A stretch of 64,000 nucleotides of DNA. Source: Octopus vulgaris (Eukaryota). Numbering within the stretch: position 1 is the first letter of the stretch; each line of letters opens with the position of its first letter. The notes beneath the pieces were generated by a model. The model made no database searches. It was not told the origin of the DNA and saw nothing but the letters and a program-made list of their open reading frames with translations. Made by a program: the position numbers and the translations under genes. The DNA lies in the NCBI GenBank assembly GCA_951406725.2, contig OX597815.1, positions 136,152,001-136,216,000 on the forward strand, written 5' to 3'. This document shows positions 24,635-38,699 of this stretch, piece after piece.

Positions 24635-27167
24635 AAACAGTGTATTGGAGAATGCAAAGTAAGCCTGGTGTGGATATCTTCGGAGTAGTGTCTAGGTAGA
24701 TAAAAATTTAAAATCAAACTCCATCATCCAGGATTGTACCACTGGCGTGAAGAGGCAGCTAAATTAATGGTTTCGTTGAGCTGGTATGGCATTAGAAAGA
24801 CAGATAAACGCAAATCGGCTTAATACCTATATTAACACAGAATTCAAAAGACAAAGTAAAGAATAAACGAATACATAGTATACGAAAGTAGTTACGTAAC
24901 AATGTTATCATGACAGCTGTTTGGAGAGAACCGTGAATTATGCCGTAATCACGTACACCCATTACATAGGTGTATGCAATAACATAAGTTCCTCTGTGTG
25001 TGTGTGTGTTTGTACGTGGGTGTGTTTGTGTTTGTGTTTATGTTTATTTGTTTGTGTGTGTGTACACATATAGTGCGGAGTAGATTTACTGACTTTATAA
25101 ATTTACTCTATTGCACTTTAACACAAATTTGTTGAATCGGTACTGATTTGGAGTTAAACATAGCACGGCGGCGAGATTAACTACTCCCAATTTCCCAATA
25201 GTCAATATTTGTAACTCGATCTGGCAACGAATTAGCGATGAACAAATGCCATCAATGGGCTACTCAAAACATGCTTCAGTTAGGATGTAATATATAATAA
25301 ATGACTATAGTTCTCTACTTACAAATATGGGGTTCAGTTTACACCATGATATTGACCGTGCGAAAAATGAATCTAGGTAACAGTCACTTAGTTGTCGCTC
25401 GAAGTTCTTTAATAAATAGCAAATTCCACCCTGTTGACTAAAGAAAAAGTAAATATAATAATGTGGTTCTTGTAAATACCATTGTTCTCGAAAAATGACA
25501 GGTGAGATGGCTGATTACGTCTTCAAAAAAGGTCTGGTTGAGCAAGAAATCTCTCGTTTTAAACAACAAGAAATATGATTTGCAGTTCTTCGCAAAGTTT
25601 TCAAAAACATGCTTTGCAAACTATTTCTAATTGTTTGAACAAATTTTATCCCCATACTTTTAACCGAAATGAATCAAAGTGTTTTTATTGATAATGCTTA
25701 CCCCATGACCAACTCAGAGGTATCTGACTTATCCTCAAAACACATTTCAGGCTTGACCATTCTATCATTTTAAGGATACCTTGCATTATCTTATCCAATG
25801 TCTTCTTTCTTAACTTTTTTTAAAGACGGTCGAGGTGTTTTAATGGAATTCGATTCCTACACTTATAATATCGTAAAACCATGCAGATGTTCGACTTTGG
25901 ACTCATTGTTACTGCAGCTACTTATGCTAGGATTACACTGAATGTCAACTCGACTGGAGGAAAGAGATGGCATTTTCGGATTGAAACGTGCCATAATGAT
26001 CATCATCAGCATCATAGACATCGTCGTCTTCATCATGGTCATCATCATGATCCTCTCTAATAACGCGGTCATTAACATCAGAATCACCAGTAACAACTTC
26101 TAAATTCCCTCAACCCACATCCTCATTCCAAACATCACCAACAACATCATCCTTCCAACCTCATCATCATTATAATCCTCATGAAATTAAAGTTTATAAT
26201 GAAATGTCTATCTTTTGTTCTTAGAAATTCACATCATTTTATTGTTGAAATTTGTAGCCGATTTTGCTGTTGTTAGGATTGCATGAAATTTAAATTTTAC
26301 TATGGTTTCTGCTGAAAATTAATTGGTTTTCTGTATCGCTCAATAAATTATTGGTGTTTGTGTTATTGCTGTTGTTGATGCTGTCATTTTTGCTGTCATT
26401 GGTCGGCAATGGTAATGAAATGATGATGATGATGATGATGATGATAAAGAGGAGGAGGAAGAGATGAACAGAAGAAGATGGGCATCAGTATTGCTTCGTA
26501 ATATTGTTTGTTGTTTTCGCTGTCGTTCTATTCACTTCTATTCGTGGTGTTTACGTTTTAATTTATTGTTCTTAAGATGCTTTTCTTTTTTGTTCGTGGT
26601 TGCCGTATGTGGGCTGGTTTGTATTGTTATTGTTGTTGGTGCTGTTACTGTTCTTATTCCCCTCTTGCTCCTCCGCCTCTACTATACCTCCTCCATTCCC
26701 CCCACAAATCCCCCTCCTCCTCCTCTTTCTTTGTTTCTTGTTTACGTTGATATTGTTGCTTGTTGATGTGATTTCTCGCTTTTGGTGTTTGTTATTAGCC
26801 GGAGCTTTTCTATATTTTTTCTTTCTTATTGATGCTGCACATGTCGTTGACTGTGTTGTTGTTGTTGTTGTTTTTGTTTTTGTAGATGACGATGTTTTCA
26901 TTCTTTAATTTAATTGTTGGTTTCGTTGATGCTAATGTGGTTCATCGCTGTTGATGTTGCTGTTGCTGTTGCTGATGATGACGATAATGATGATAGCCTT
27001 GCATTATGTATGTTTCTGCTGGTGGTATTTGATTTTTACACAATGTTTCTTCTAATAAGGTTTATTACGTTTTACAGATGTAGTTTGTTAATTGACTTTG
27101 TTGGCTGGTTTCTTGTTGTCATGGATATAATACTACTACTAGTAGTAGTGGTGGTGGTGGTGGTGGT

Positions 27168-27217
<50 letters not shown>

Positions 27218-27570
27218 TAGATGCTTCCTATATTTTTCCTTTTTAATTTACTGATGTACTGATTGAAACGTGTGATAATGATCATCATCAGCACTATAGA
27301 CATCGCTGTCTTCATCATGATCATCATCATGATCATCTCTAATAACGCGGTGGTCATTCACATCAGAATCACACGGGTGACAGCTTCTCAATTCCCTCTA
27401 TCCGCACCCTCATCCCAAACATCATCCCAAACACCATTAATTTAGCTGCTTTTTCCCCGCCAGTGGTACCAACCTGGATGATGGAGTTTGAATTTAAGTT
27501 TTTATCTACCTAGTCTCTACTCCGAAGATATCTACACTACGCTTACTTTGCAGTCTACAATACACTGTTT
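24635..27570. repeat. Inverted repeat (24635-24771 / 27433-27570) enclosing a ~170-bp direct repeat (25979-26145 / 27261-27432)
   Basis: Direct alignment, e.g. GCAGCTAAATTAATGGT vs ACCATTAATTTAGCTGC; GATTGAAACGTG...TCTCTAATAACGCGGT occurs twice. Confidence 0.9.
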
Positions 27571-27770
27571 TACTTGTTTTATTATTATGTAGATTGTTGT
27601 TGATGCTAATATTTTTGTTGTACATTTTTGAAAGCCTTATATACAGCATCGATTTTATTCAAGACGTACGAGTCGTTAGATACAAAACAACAAAACTATA
27701 ACCAACCAAGCCTACGGTTACAATTCGCAGAACTAGCACTCCGCATATATATATATATATATATATATAT

Positions 27771-28155
27771 TTAGGAAATCTCTATAAGAGATGTAAATAT
27801 TAACTATACTGAGAAGTAATTCTTATCGCCATATCAGCATGGCTATTCGACGTAACAACCGTTTTTAACGCCATGAAGAACCTCTTCCAGCTGGTTATCG
27901 ATGCAATCAGCACCCGGTATATATTGCAAGCGCCCGGGTGTTCACCACTGACAATGGGTACAAATAGCCCCAAACCGTTCGGTTGTGGATCCCATCGTAT
28001 ACTAGAAGGTGGAAGGGGTTCACGCTGCTATTTGCAATATATACCGGTTGTAGATTGCATCGATAACTACGTGGAAGAGGCTCTTCCTGGGGGTTGAAAA
28101 TGGTAGTAATGTCCAACAGTTAGATTGATGATTGATGTGCCAATAATCATTACTT
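27771..28155. mobile_element. (TA)n-bounded module with decayed hammerhead-like motif (~27943-27990, +)
   Basis: CTGACAA-TGGG..CCC-CAAAC-CGTTCG-GTT, two core changes from consensus. Confidence 0.4.
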
Positions 28156-28210
28156 TATACATATATATATATATATATAATATTATATATATGTTGGGGT
28201 AGTGGTATGT

Positions 28211-28252
<42 letters not shown>

Positions 28253-28272
28253 GGGTGTGGTATGCAACTGCG

Positions 28273-28368
<96 letters not shown>

Positions 28369-28559
28369 CACATATATAAATATATATATACCTACGTCAT
28401 TTCAACTCTGCCAAAAAAGTCGTATATCTTTCATCACAAAAGCTTATCTCTCCTCATTCAGAAAACATTGTAAGTTCTCTTCCTTCATTATATTTTCTCG
28501 TTATTTTTACTGATTATAGATATACCTAACAATATGTGTGTGTGTGTGTGTGTGTGCAG

Positions 28560-30780
28560 TTTGTTGTAGAACATATTACGTAATACGCTTTTGTAGGAAT
28601 CTTTTCTGATGATATTATATAGATCTGATGTAGGTTTCTGCTGCGTCTGTATACCTAATTCATTTCTGGCCAAAAGCAATGTGATTGACTATTTCTTTAT
28701 AACCTTCACCTATTCTGATTGCGTCTTATTTTTCTGCTTTATTTTGTTTTCTGGTTTCTGATTGGTATAGTTCAGTTTGAGGTTTTCAGTATGTCCAACC
28801 GGTGCAACGAGTTTTTTCCTTATTCTCATGCATGTTGCACAATCTTGGAGGGTATTTTTCATAGCCTAAATATATTTTTTAAATAGATTTTCTTGTTCTG
28901 TCAATTTTATGATGGTCGTACCTGTTACTCCAACTTGTCTCCTGTTTGTTCGCCAGAGTGTAACAATTATAAATTGTTTAGTAGTTAGTTTCGTACTCAG
29001 ACAATTATTAGTTTATAATAGCTTTCCAGTTGAGAATGTTAGATGTTTAATTTATTTCCGAAACATCTTTCATATTGATTCTATTACCATGCGTTCAACA
29101 TTAGCATAATTTTGTATATTAACCTAGTGCATGCATGATAAAGCCTCTTCACATTTTCTTTCATTTATGTGTGTTGTACAAGGTCTTCTTCGTTAATTCA
29201 TAAATTTGCGTAATCCCGTGTTTGATCTCATTCTCATCTCTGTCACGTTCTTCAGTACAATATTAGAAGTTTCAATTAATTTTCACATCTTCAACAGAGA
29301 TTTGGCGCATTTATCTAAATCTAATTTCGCGTGAATTCTTCAATTCATTCCGTGGAATGTCTGCAGAAGTGTTTCCAGTGGTCCGTCATCTGCAGCATAG
29401 AACGTCGTCCATAGAATGTCGTCCATGTATAGGAAATGATTATCATACCATAGTACATATAATTTGCATATTGTCTTGTTTAATGCTGTGTGCAAATGTA
29501 TTTGTCGCAAGCTTAAAATAGATGTCTGGTGGGGGAAGATTTTGAATATTTTTCCTATAATGTGCTGTCGATTTGACTTGTATCAGTCTGTCTTTTTGAA
29601 TTTGCAGGCTTGTCATTTATTGTAAAGTGTTTGGTAATCATTTGTTAATGATTCTACTTTGATGTTTCGAAAATCCTTGCATGGAAATAACAGTCTCAAA
29701 AACTAGCTCCCAATAAATACATATCATGCTGAATCTTTTGTTGCTCACCTAAATCTCTCAGTTATAACATTGTTGATCATAATCTGATATTTATACCCAT
29801 TTGGATTTTGGCGGCTTTCTTTCTGTCCCATGGAAGGTGTACCATGTAAGAAATTATCAATTTTAGACGTGTTGCACTTAGTGAATTATATACTGTAAAA
29901 ACGGCTGCTTATATTTTTCCAAATTTGAAACTATGAGCTTCGCTATTTCTTCATTATTGAAGTTGAGATGGCTTTCTCTTCTGTGCGTCACATTTTTTCT
30001 AACACTTTCAAAACATCATTGAATACTTTACAAGCTGTTTGTGGGTATCAAGTAGATATTTCAGATTGCCTTTTCGAGCTTTATCCTTTCCTTTTGTTTT
30101 CTAAATGTTGAGGTGCTACTTCTTTCATTATTATTTCTCTTCTCCACTTATCTTTTGCTGCATTAGTTTGTTTTGTATATTCTTGCCGGCGAAGATCTAT
30201 CATAATCTCCATAATTCTCATTTCAGATTTTGCAATTTTCCTCTTTGTTAATGCTGATTCCTGTTTTGTTTATATCTACTTATTGATAAAATCGTTCAGG
30301 GATTGGCTTGTTCAAAGAGCTATTGGCACTTTTCATAATGAATGATTGTTTGCAATTTAGTGAGAATCTTTGTTTTCGACGATCCTTGATTTTAAGTAGT
30401 TTTTATAAAATGTAAAATTTCTGTAGTATTTGTATCTTTTTATCTAAATTTCCTACATGTCTTTTACCTGTTGTTTTCGCTCAGAATTAAGAGATCCTTA
30501 TTTATAGCACTATTTTTATTATACTGTGTTTTTATATTTCACGTAGTTTCCTAGGTTTACATATGAAAATTTTTATGGAAGTACAAATTTACCCTGTGAA
30601 TAATTGTGGTGTAGCTTACATCATTTCATTTACTAAGATATTGTTGATGTTCCTATCATATTCTGGAAAAGCTACGGTAACCATATTGAATATCTTATCG
30701 TTGATACCATTTTAGAGCTAAGGTTAATCTTTCATTGAAATATGCTCCTGTGATGTCCTTTACCCTTTTCCTCACAACTG
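28560..30780 (-). mobile_element. Decayed R4/Dong-like non-LTR retroelement (RT region)
   Basis: Minus strand NHFLYMDD at ~29420-29442; remainder heavily disrupted. Confidence 0.55.
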
Positions 30781-30821
30781 CTAATCTTGTACCTAAATTT
30801 TATTATTATTATTATTATTAT

Positions 30822-31376
30822 TGAGTGAGAGAGCAGTGCATGCCATCAAAGTGACACTGGGGTAAAATATACGAAGCCCAATATACCCATCATGACTACC
30901 CGTCTGATAAAGGTACACCAGGCACATGCATCACAACCATATGTGCGCGACATGGTGCTCTCATATCAAGATAAACAGCACATGACCTTGCAGGTGGGGC
31001 CCAGTTAGAATTTTCTACAGGTTGAGTAGCCCATCCCGCTCAAAAGGTCCCTGAATAAGGGTTGTTTAAGGGTGTTGAAAGAACCACCCATGTTTCCAGA
31101 GGTGAATTATTCAAACCCCAAAGAATCCCTCTCAACACATGGCTATGATGCTCCCCCACTACTTCTGCTCGTGATCAGAGATGCACATATCGTCAGCCAC
31201 TAAGGGACATGCTCAACTGGTTAAGGTCAAACAACTGACAAGCAAATCTGTGGTATTGAGCAGAATATTTGCTGTAGCCCATCTTTTATACCAAGACAAA
31301 ACAATGTACATGATAACACTTCCAATCAGTTAAGATCAGAAGCCATGAGAACCACTGCCTGGTACTGCATCAGGGC

Positions 31377-31379
<3 letters not shown>
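30822..31379 (-). mobile_element. ~555-bp non-coding element embedded in (TAA)n
   Basis: Sharp GC-richer block with (ATT)n on both sides; no ORF, TIR or tRNA head seen; strand assumed from the adjacent Dong-like element. Confidence 0.65.
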
Positions 31380-31436
<57 letters not shown>

Positions 31437-31469
31437 CATCATCATCATCATCATTATTATTATTATCAT

Positions 31470-32900
31470 TATATATTTGACTTTTGCTTTGTACTTGTAC
31501 AAGTTGACTCCAAGTCTCGCCCAGGGACGTCAAGAGACAACTAGTTAGAAGTTCAACTTGGCGTTATGACTAGGGTGCCATATATTTGGTTTCGCACAAA
31601 GTATTGTTCTAGAGAATATTTAAGAAAACGTAAAAAGTTTATAAGTTTGTTTTAAATTTTCGGATTACATTGACAGTATTTTACGTAGCACATGGGCAGT
31701 TCCCATGACCACTCTCATTTTTTTTATCTTTCTTTTATAATAAGTTGATCTACTGGTACTGCCACGTCGATTATTAGGGACTCTAGTTTGTTCTTCCTAA
31801 AGGTTACTATATCTGGCCTTCGGTGCTCTAACACCTTTTTCTGTCTCGAAGTCAAAGTCCCAGAAGATTTTGTCCTTCCCATTTTCGTCCATTACTTTTT
31901 CCGGTGTATGTTGGTACCAAGCACCCGTAACATCATATCCATACTTGCGGCATAGTAGCCAGTGGAGATTTGGGGCTAGCTTGCGTCTGTGCTTCTACTC
32001 TCTCTACGCAAGATTTTCACAAATACTAACGATATGAGTCACATTTTCGACCATCTCCCCATACATTCTGCAGAGGTTCATTGCACTTCTGTGGAATATC
32101 CCTCTTTTCACTTAGTTTTTTATTCAATGCCAGGTCCTGGGTAGGGATGATTAGGCTTTTAGTATTCTGTTTCAGGTCACGCTTGATGAGCCACCTCCAT
32201 GATGCTTCCTGCTGTTTTCATTTCCTCAGTTCACGGTGGAACTGACCATGTAATTCCATGCGGATTAGGATTTCTTCTTTCGCTGTGGTTATTCGTGATC
32301 GGAATTCATACGCACTCTCAAATCCATTTTTAGTAAATCCTTCTGTATTAGCAGCAAACTGTAGCAGGTCTTGTTTACCAAATATCCTGACATGCTTCTT
32401 CTTTCATTATCGATGCACTCTTTTATGTCAATCAGCGCAAATCCACTTTTACTCCTCTTCATGTAAAGCCTGTGTACGTTCGCCTTGGGGTAGAGGCCAC
32501 CATGTATTATCATCGTCTTTCAGGTGGCGGAACCGAGTTGGTTAATCTCCGCTTGTGTCCATTTCAAGATGAGTGCACTGTAGCGGTCTACAGCAACAGC
32601 CCATATATTGATAGCTGTCGCAAGGTTCTCTGAGTTCTGTTTTGAATTCAAGAGAAGTTTGAGGCGCTTCAAATATGAGGTGATGATTTTGTCTTTCATT
32701 TCTCTCTTTAAGATATTATTTAGCTCCAAGATCCCAAAGTACTTGTTCTCACACATTCCAGGTCTTCCATTCTTTCTCCGTTTGGCAATTCTATGCCCCC
32801 ACAATCTGCTGTTTTCCCCGTTTCAAAGTGAACACCGCGCACTTCGAGACACCGGCTTCCATGCTTTCAAAGTGGTCTCACTGACCGTTGTTTCCCAAAT
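31470..32900 (-). mobile_element. R4/Dong-like RLE retroelement, 3' part, ending in (TAA)n
   Basis: KRLKLLLNSK...AINIWAVAV.RYSA..LKWT; HGGLYPKANVHRLYMKR; CRM..EMVENVTHIVSIC; LHWLLCRKYG; KIFWDFDFET..HRRPDI. Confidence 0.88.
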
Positions 32901-34011
32901 TTGAGACATTGACCGGTAATTTTATATTTATCTTAGAAACATGAGTGGCGAAGTGAACCATGTCATAATTCAGACGAAATAATTAAGGAATACAAATACA
33001 TACAACATTATATTTAATACTGCACAGTACTCTTTTTGCCAAGTTATGGTAATAATGAATGTCGTATAAAAGCAATATTATAAGTCCATAATTACTAAAA
33101 TATTCAATACGAAAAATGCATTAACACTTACACACATACCTCATAGGCACAAAGTTATACACGCATAGAAACATACAAAGATAAAAGGAGAAAAATTTAA
33201 AAGCCAATAAAAAGAATTAAACAAGAATTAAAATTATACTAAATAGAAAATTAATAACGTAATAAACTGGAATTTTTGCTTTATAAACTAATCTTTTTAT
33301 TTCCGCTAAGAATGCCGCTTCCGTTTGCCATAACTGAGTCACGAATTTCAGGTAATTTTCCACGTTGGATAGTTTCGAAATTCTCTGTAGAATGGAAGAA
33401 CCACCTTTTCCCGAACCCTACCCCAATGGAAATGTGCCACTAAAATCAAAATGACATATCGAAAAATATTTTTGTTGATTCTTAGCTATTGTTATTTTGG
33501 ACACATTTTGCCAGTGCTTGGCTATGTGTACATTAGCGATGTTTATATTAGCGATGTGTAATGAACATCAAGTGTGTGAACTTGAAGTTTAATCAATATG
33601 TAAGATAGTGATAAAAACATGTGATATCAATGATGAAGTTGATACGTGTGTATATAATGTGTGTTTATACGAAGTGTTTAATATCGTCTGCAATGATATT
33701 AACATATAAAAATAAAAATATGACGCATGCAGTTTAATACATTTGATGCGCATTATTGCAGTGATGTCTATACATGTATGTAAGTGAACATGTATTTAAA
33801 TGGAAATTTTTAGTTATTTAAAATTTAACATTGACTCCATTTTGTGAACATATTTTGCGCATTTTATTCATTAATTCTTTTATTTAGGTAAATATCGACT
33901 TGTCAGTTATCTCTTGTCTTTTTCTCTCCTCATGTGTGTATCAATATTTATATAATAATCTTTGGAAAATGTTTTAAGTATTAATGATTATCATCTCCAT
34001 CACTATCATCA

Positions 34012-34040
34012 GTATAATGATAATAATAATGATGATGATG

Positions 34041-34119
<79 letters not shown>

Positions 34120-34121
34120 TA

Positions 34122-34154
<33 letters not shown>

Positions 34155-34262
34155 ACATACAGAAAATTGCACTACTAGGCATTACTATTACTTTATTATC
34201 AGAGCATTATCATCAGATCATCGGTTGAATTATTATTATTATTATTAATAATATTATCATCA

Positions 34263-34326
<64 letters not shown>

Positions 34327-34375
34327 CTATATTACTATTATCATTATTATCATGTTGTTGTTGTTGATGATGATA
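34012..34375. repeat. (AAT)n directly followed by (TAT)n arrays (inverted trinucleotide tracts)
   Basis: Direct reading. Confidence 0.95.
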
Positions 34376-37300
34376 ATGTGGATGACAAGCGAAAGTAAAC
34401 AAAAGAGAATAAAAAGATGAGGAACCGTAGTAATAACAACCACAGCAGCAATAATCATAGCACTCGGATATGCATTAGTCCCAAGGGCTCAGAGAGATGC
34501 AGGTAATACAAAGACATGTTAAAGAGGGAGCTAACAGTGTTGTATGTGTTTAGATTAAATACGCTATAGAATATAAAGGTTACCATATTCAAAAAATTAT
34601 AAAGCACATAATTTATGCGGAAATTAATTTTCAAATTGTAAAAAAATCAGAATGAAAACGAGATATTTATATAAAAATTAAATTGTTTGTTTTCTCAATC
34701 AGGTTAGCTCACATTTCCTGACCATGCATTCACCATGCTAAATTCGTCTGTTGCTCAGAATTAGAGAATGTAAACATTTTTGAGAAGTTTCTGTGTTATA
34801 GTGGGCAAAAGAGAGCCACATCTTCTGGACCTTTGAAATATATCTCAAATTTGAAGTGTTTTCCTGTATTTTTAAACAGTTTAAACTGTAATCCTATTCT
34901 TTCTCTATGTGTGTATATCGTATAATTATTTTCATAGAGCTTTCTTTTCTTTACGAAGCATTATGAGGGTTTTCCTTCATATGGTACGAGTTCTTTCACA
35001 GCAGAGAATCTTTCTTTTTTAGTTTTTCCTTGCGTCAAGTGTATCTCGTCTCGCCTTTTATAGCTTTATTTTGCCGTTGGATAAATTTTCGCTTTTATTC
35101 TATTTTAATTACTAAGTAAATTTTTTCTTCCTTATTGGCCTCTGTCAGGCACCCTTCCTCAAAAGTGGGTGGGTTGGTGTGGCTCTGAAGGAATATTTTC
35201 TTGCTTATTGCTAGCTGCCGTTTTTGTTATGAGTAACTCACTTTGTTTTCACCTGTTGTGACTTAGATTTCACGGCTACGTTTTGGTTTCGAAAGCGAAG
35301 CAATTTCACTTCCTGATTCGCAAGAAGTACCTGATGCAGCCCCAACCCGCCCAAACTTCATAGTTTATAGTTATTGTTTGTGTTCATTTGAATTTTCTAT
35401 GGAGAAGCTTTGAGATTGATATTGCTTTCACATATGTAACAGCTGGAGCATCTACCTTCCATGCTGAACTTTAAGATCACCTCAGTAACAACCACAATAC
35501 ATTGTTCTGGTAGCGTTGCGTAGTCTTGTAGAGTCAGGAAGACTTGTGTGTCTATGATAGTACCATCCAACGATGTGTAGCAAAATGCAACGTCCATACG
35601 GACTGATCATCTGCTTAATTGTAAAATTATATTCATGATGACCATCACTTCTTTGGTAGAAGAATCTACTCGGGATTGAGCATATGAAGATATGTATCAC
35701 ATACTGAAAGAGGAGATTTTCCTGTGTCCTCAAGAAAACAAATAGACCAAACTACTGATTCCATATTGAATATAGAAAAGAAAACATGCTGAGATTTTGC
35801 ACGAAATACCTGCTTACGAGCTTATACCCCGGAGGATGGAGCAGTGAAAGACAAGTGCAAGAATCAAAAGCAGGAAATACCAGTGAGCACTAGTTCGTTG
35901 TTGACTTTGTAGCGCAATATAGACGGTTAATAATTGCACAAGTAACAATAAATGGTCCGGAGCGACCACTAAATACGTGAATGTCCTTATGACTTTTCAA
36001 AACCACCGATTCATAATGGAATGCTAGAGGCAGAATTTCATAAGCGTAATTTTATAATATATATCAAATGCTGTATTGAAAGAAAAATAGTCAACTCATG
36101 GACTCTACCTTGCTCCGACATTTCGGAACGTCATATTTTCAGTATCTGAAAGAAGTAAATAAGGGTAAGTTGAAGATAATCGTTGTGGAATGCGGTATCC
36201 AAACATGGTGGATTCATGTTTTTATAAGATACAGTTTTAATTATTCTATATCTTCTCATATAATTTCGTATTTTTCTTTCATTACTTATCAATTTTTAAA
36301 ATATTCCTTCCTCCTTTTTTTTATATAACAATACCAAATCTCGCATGTGGTGTAACCCTTCTGCCTTTAGTGTTTATTGCAGTCGTGTGTTTGACCTTTA
36401 ATTATCACTTAATATGACTTTTTGTTCTGTTTATGGTTTAGTTTCGTGATAGTTCATGTTGTGTTCTCTTTACTTGCTATATTAGTCGTAATCAACACCG
36501 ATTCATGTTTCCCATTTTGTCGCTGTTTGGATTTGTTTTCCGTTGTTTGTACTAGATATATTTGTACTTCAAAATTTATTAATTCATAATAATTTTCAAG
36601 TGAAAACATATTTCATCTGCCCTATATTTGTAAGTAATATACCAGTTTTCAGTTCGGAAGGAGCGGTATAATGAAAAGTAATCTCTTAATATATTCCGTT
36701 TCTCACAGAAATATAAGTCCTTTTAATAGTTCCCTAATTTGTTCGTAACTGTAGAAATGTTTGCTATTTATTCATTCACTCATATATCTGTCTCTAAATG
36801 ATTCCATTTCTTATTAAGAACGCTTCTGAAGTCAATAAATATTGTAAATCTATCAAAACATGTTATGCTGTGATTAGAGTCCTCATTCTCCCTCTCCCAC
36901 TGACGATTACAGTTAGCTGATCAGAATTATATTTGTTACAACACTCCTTCTACATTTCCGGAAGTGACTTATGTGTCAGGTAACCCTTCTTCCTGAACAA
37001 TATTATTGCACCTATGTCGATATATGTTGGAAAGAGGCAGATTATGTTACTTTAGTTTCGACAATTAAGAGGGTTTTCAAGTCGCTGTGTCAGATATATG
37101 TCGAATCTGGCTCTCTCACAAGATAGCCATAACCAAATATTTTTGCAAGCACTGTATATGAGAGTGTTAAATATTTCAGTCGGATGCTTAAAGTATCATT
37201 TTCGCTTGGTGATTTCAAGTTGTGGATTAAATGTGTCACTTGTAATGCTGAAGTTGATATGGCATTCTACGTCTGTTCAAGTGATGCACGTGTTTTGTAC

Positions 37301-37907
37301 ATTGTCATCTGTAGCAATGACATCACTCATAACACTCACTCATATCATTCAAAATATTTGTCCCACTTGCTGAAGGTGCTGTAATGATTATATTTTCACC
37401 TATATCTTGATAAAAGTTTCGTTGTACTTGTCTGACTAGTTATTTAAACTGGCCGGTGTGTTGAATCTTAAGGATTACAGCGTGGAAGGCTCATTAGCTA
37501 TTCAAAACCACAAAAAACCTGTTAAATCCACTCAAATATTCATTAGTTGGTGTTAAATAATTCGTCACTGGTCACTACCACAGTTTCACTGCAGTGAGTT
37601 CGACGAAAACTTTGACACCGTGTCGAACTGTGATTTAGCAAGATTTCCCTTTCCTGGGATCCTTTAATTTCAGAATCGTTTTGTAACGTTAAAATTGCGT
37701 AGTATTTGTATTTAAATGAGACGGCTCTGGGCGATTAATAAGACTATTTGCAATGCTTTGTTCATATTTGCTAAATGTAAAAATGAATAAAATTTCTATA
37801 ACAAAGTGATGCATTACTCGGCAGTTTCAGTTTTGAGTTATTTATTTATTTATTGGTTTTCTTACTTGTTATCGATGTCAAAGAATGCATTTCGATAAAG
37901 TGAAATA

Positions 37908-38116
37908 TTGCTTTCAAATTTTAGCACAAGACCACTAATTTCGATGAAAGAGGGGGAAGTCGATTACGTCAACCCCAGTGCTTAAGTGTTACTTAATTTA
38001 TCGATCCCAAAAGGGAATGAAAGGCAAAGTCGAACTCGGTGAAATATTAACATAAAATGTGAAGATAGACGATACTTTTCTCGATGTGCTAACGATTCTG
38101 CCAGCTCACCACCTTT
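37908..38116 (-). mobile_element. tRNA-derived SINE (family of 14477)
   Basis: Reverse complement GGTGGTGAGCTGGCAGAATCGTTAGCACATCG...GACTTTGCCTTTCAT. Confidence 0.8.
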
Positions 38117-38285
38117 ATTTAGTGAAATATTAATTGATATTTTCTCCAAATCCCGATGCTAATTCTCCCTCGTACTTATTGATACTTCTTTAAAAAATAT
38201 ATTAGTTTTCTCTCCCCGCTATATTAATTTTTACCAAATACAAATACTGTTCTGTCCGGCGCTACCGAGATTTAGTATTTCATTA

Positions 38286-38497
38286 AGGCGGCAGAGTTGT
38301 TAGTACATCGGGCAAAATTCTTTGCAGCATTTCGTCCGACTTCACGTTCTGAGTTCGAATTCCGCCAAAGTCGACAGTGCCTTTCCCTATTTTGAGGTCG
38401 ATAAAATAAATACCAGCTGAACAGTAGGGACGATGTAACCAACTTTGCCATTTCCACACCAAATTGCTGGCTCTGTACCAAAATTTGAAACCAATAA
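38286..38497 (+). mobile_element. tRNA-derived SINE (family of 14477)
   Basis: GGCGGCAGAGTTGTTAGTACATCGGG...GAGTTCGAATTCCGCC (good B-box). Confidence 0.85.
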
Positions 38498-38699
38498 TTA
38501 CGTTAGTAGTGTAAAGTACATGACAGGTGATGGTGTTTAATTAAGTTATGCAGGAGTTTCAATAGTACTCTTTCAATGTCTATTGATCATGTAAAGTGTT
38601 ATGTGAATTATGTTATTGCATTGTGTAACATATGTGTAGAGTATATGTTGTGTAAATAACTGTACTGTTTGCGTTTTTATCTTGATTCAAAATGCTTTC

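Noticed and set aside
26464-27171. Hydrophobic or low-complexity ORFs
   Set aside because: Degenerate (GTT/GAT/GTA)n trinucleotide sequence
31321-31345. Resemblance of TAAGATCA to U2 snRNA
   Set aside because: Match is only ~8 nt, with no branch-point pairing region or Sm site
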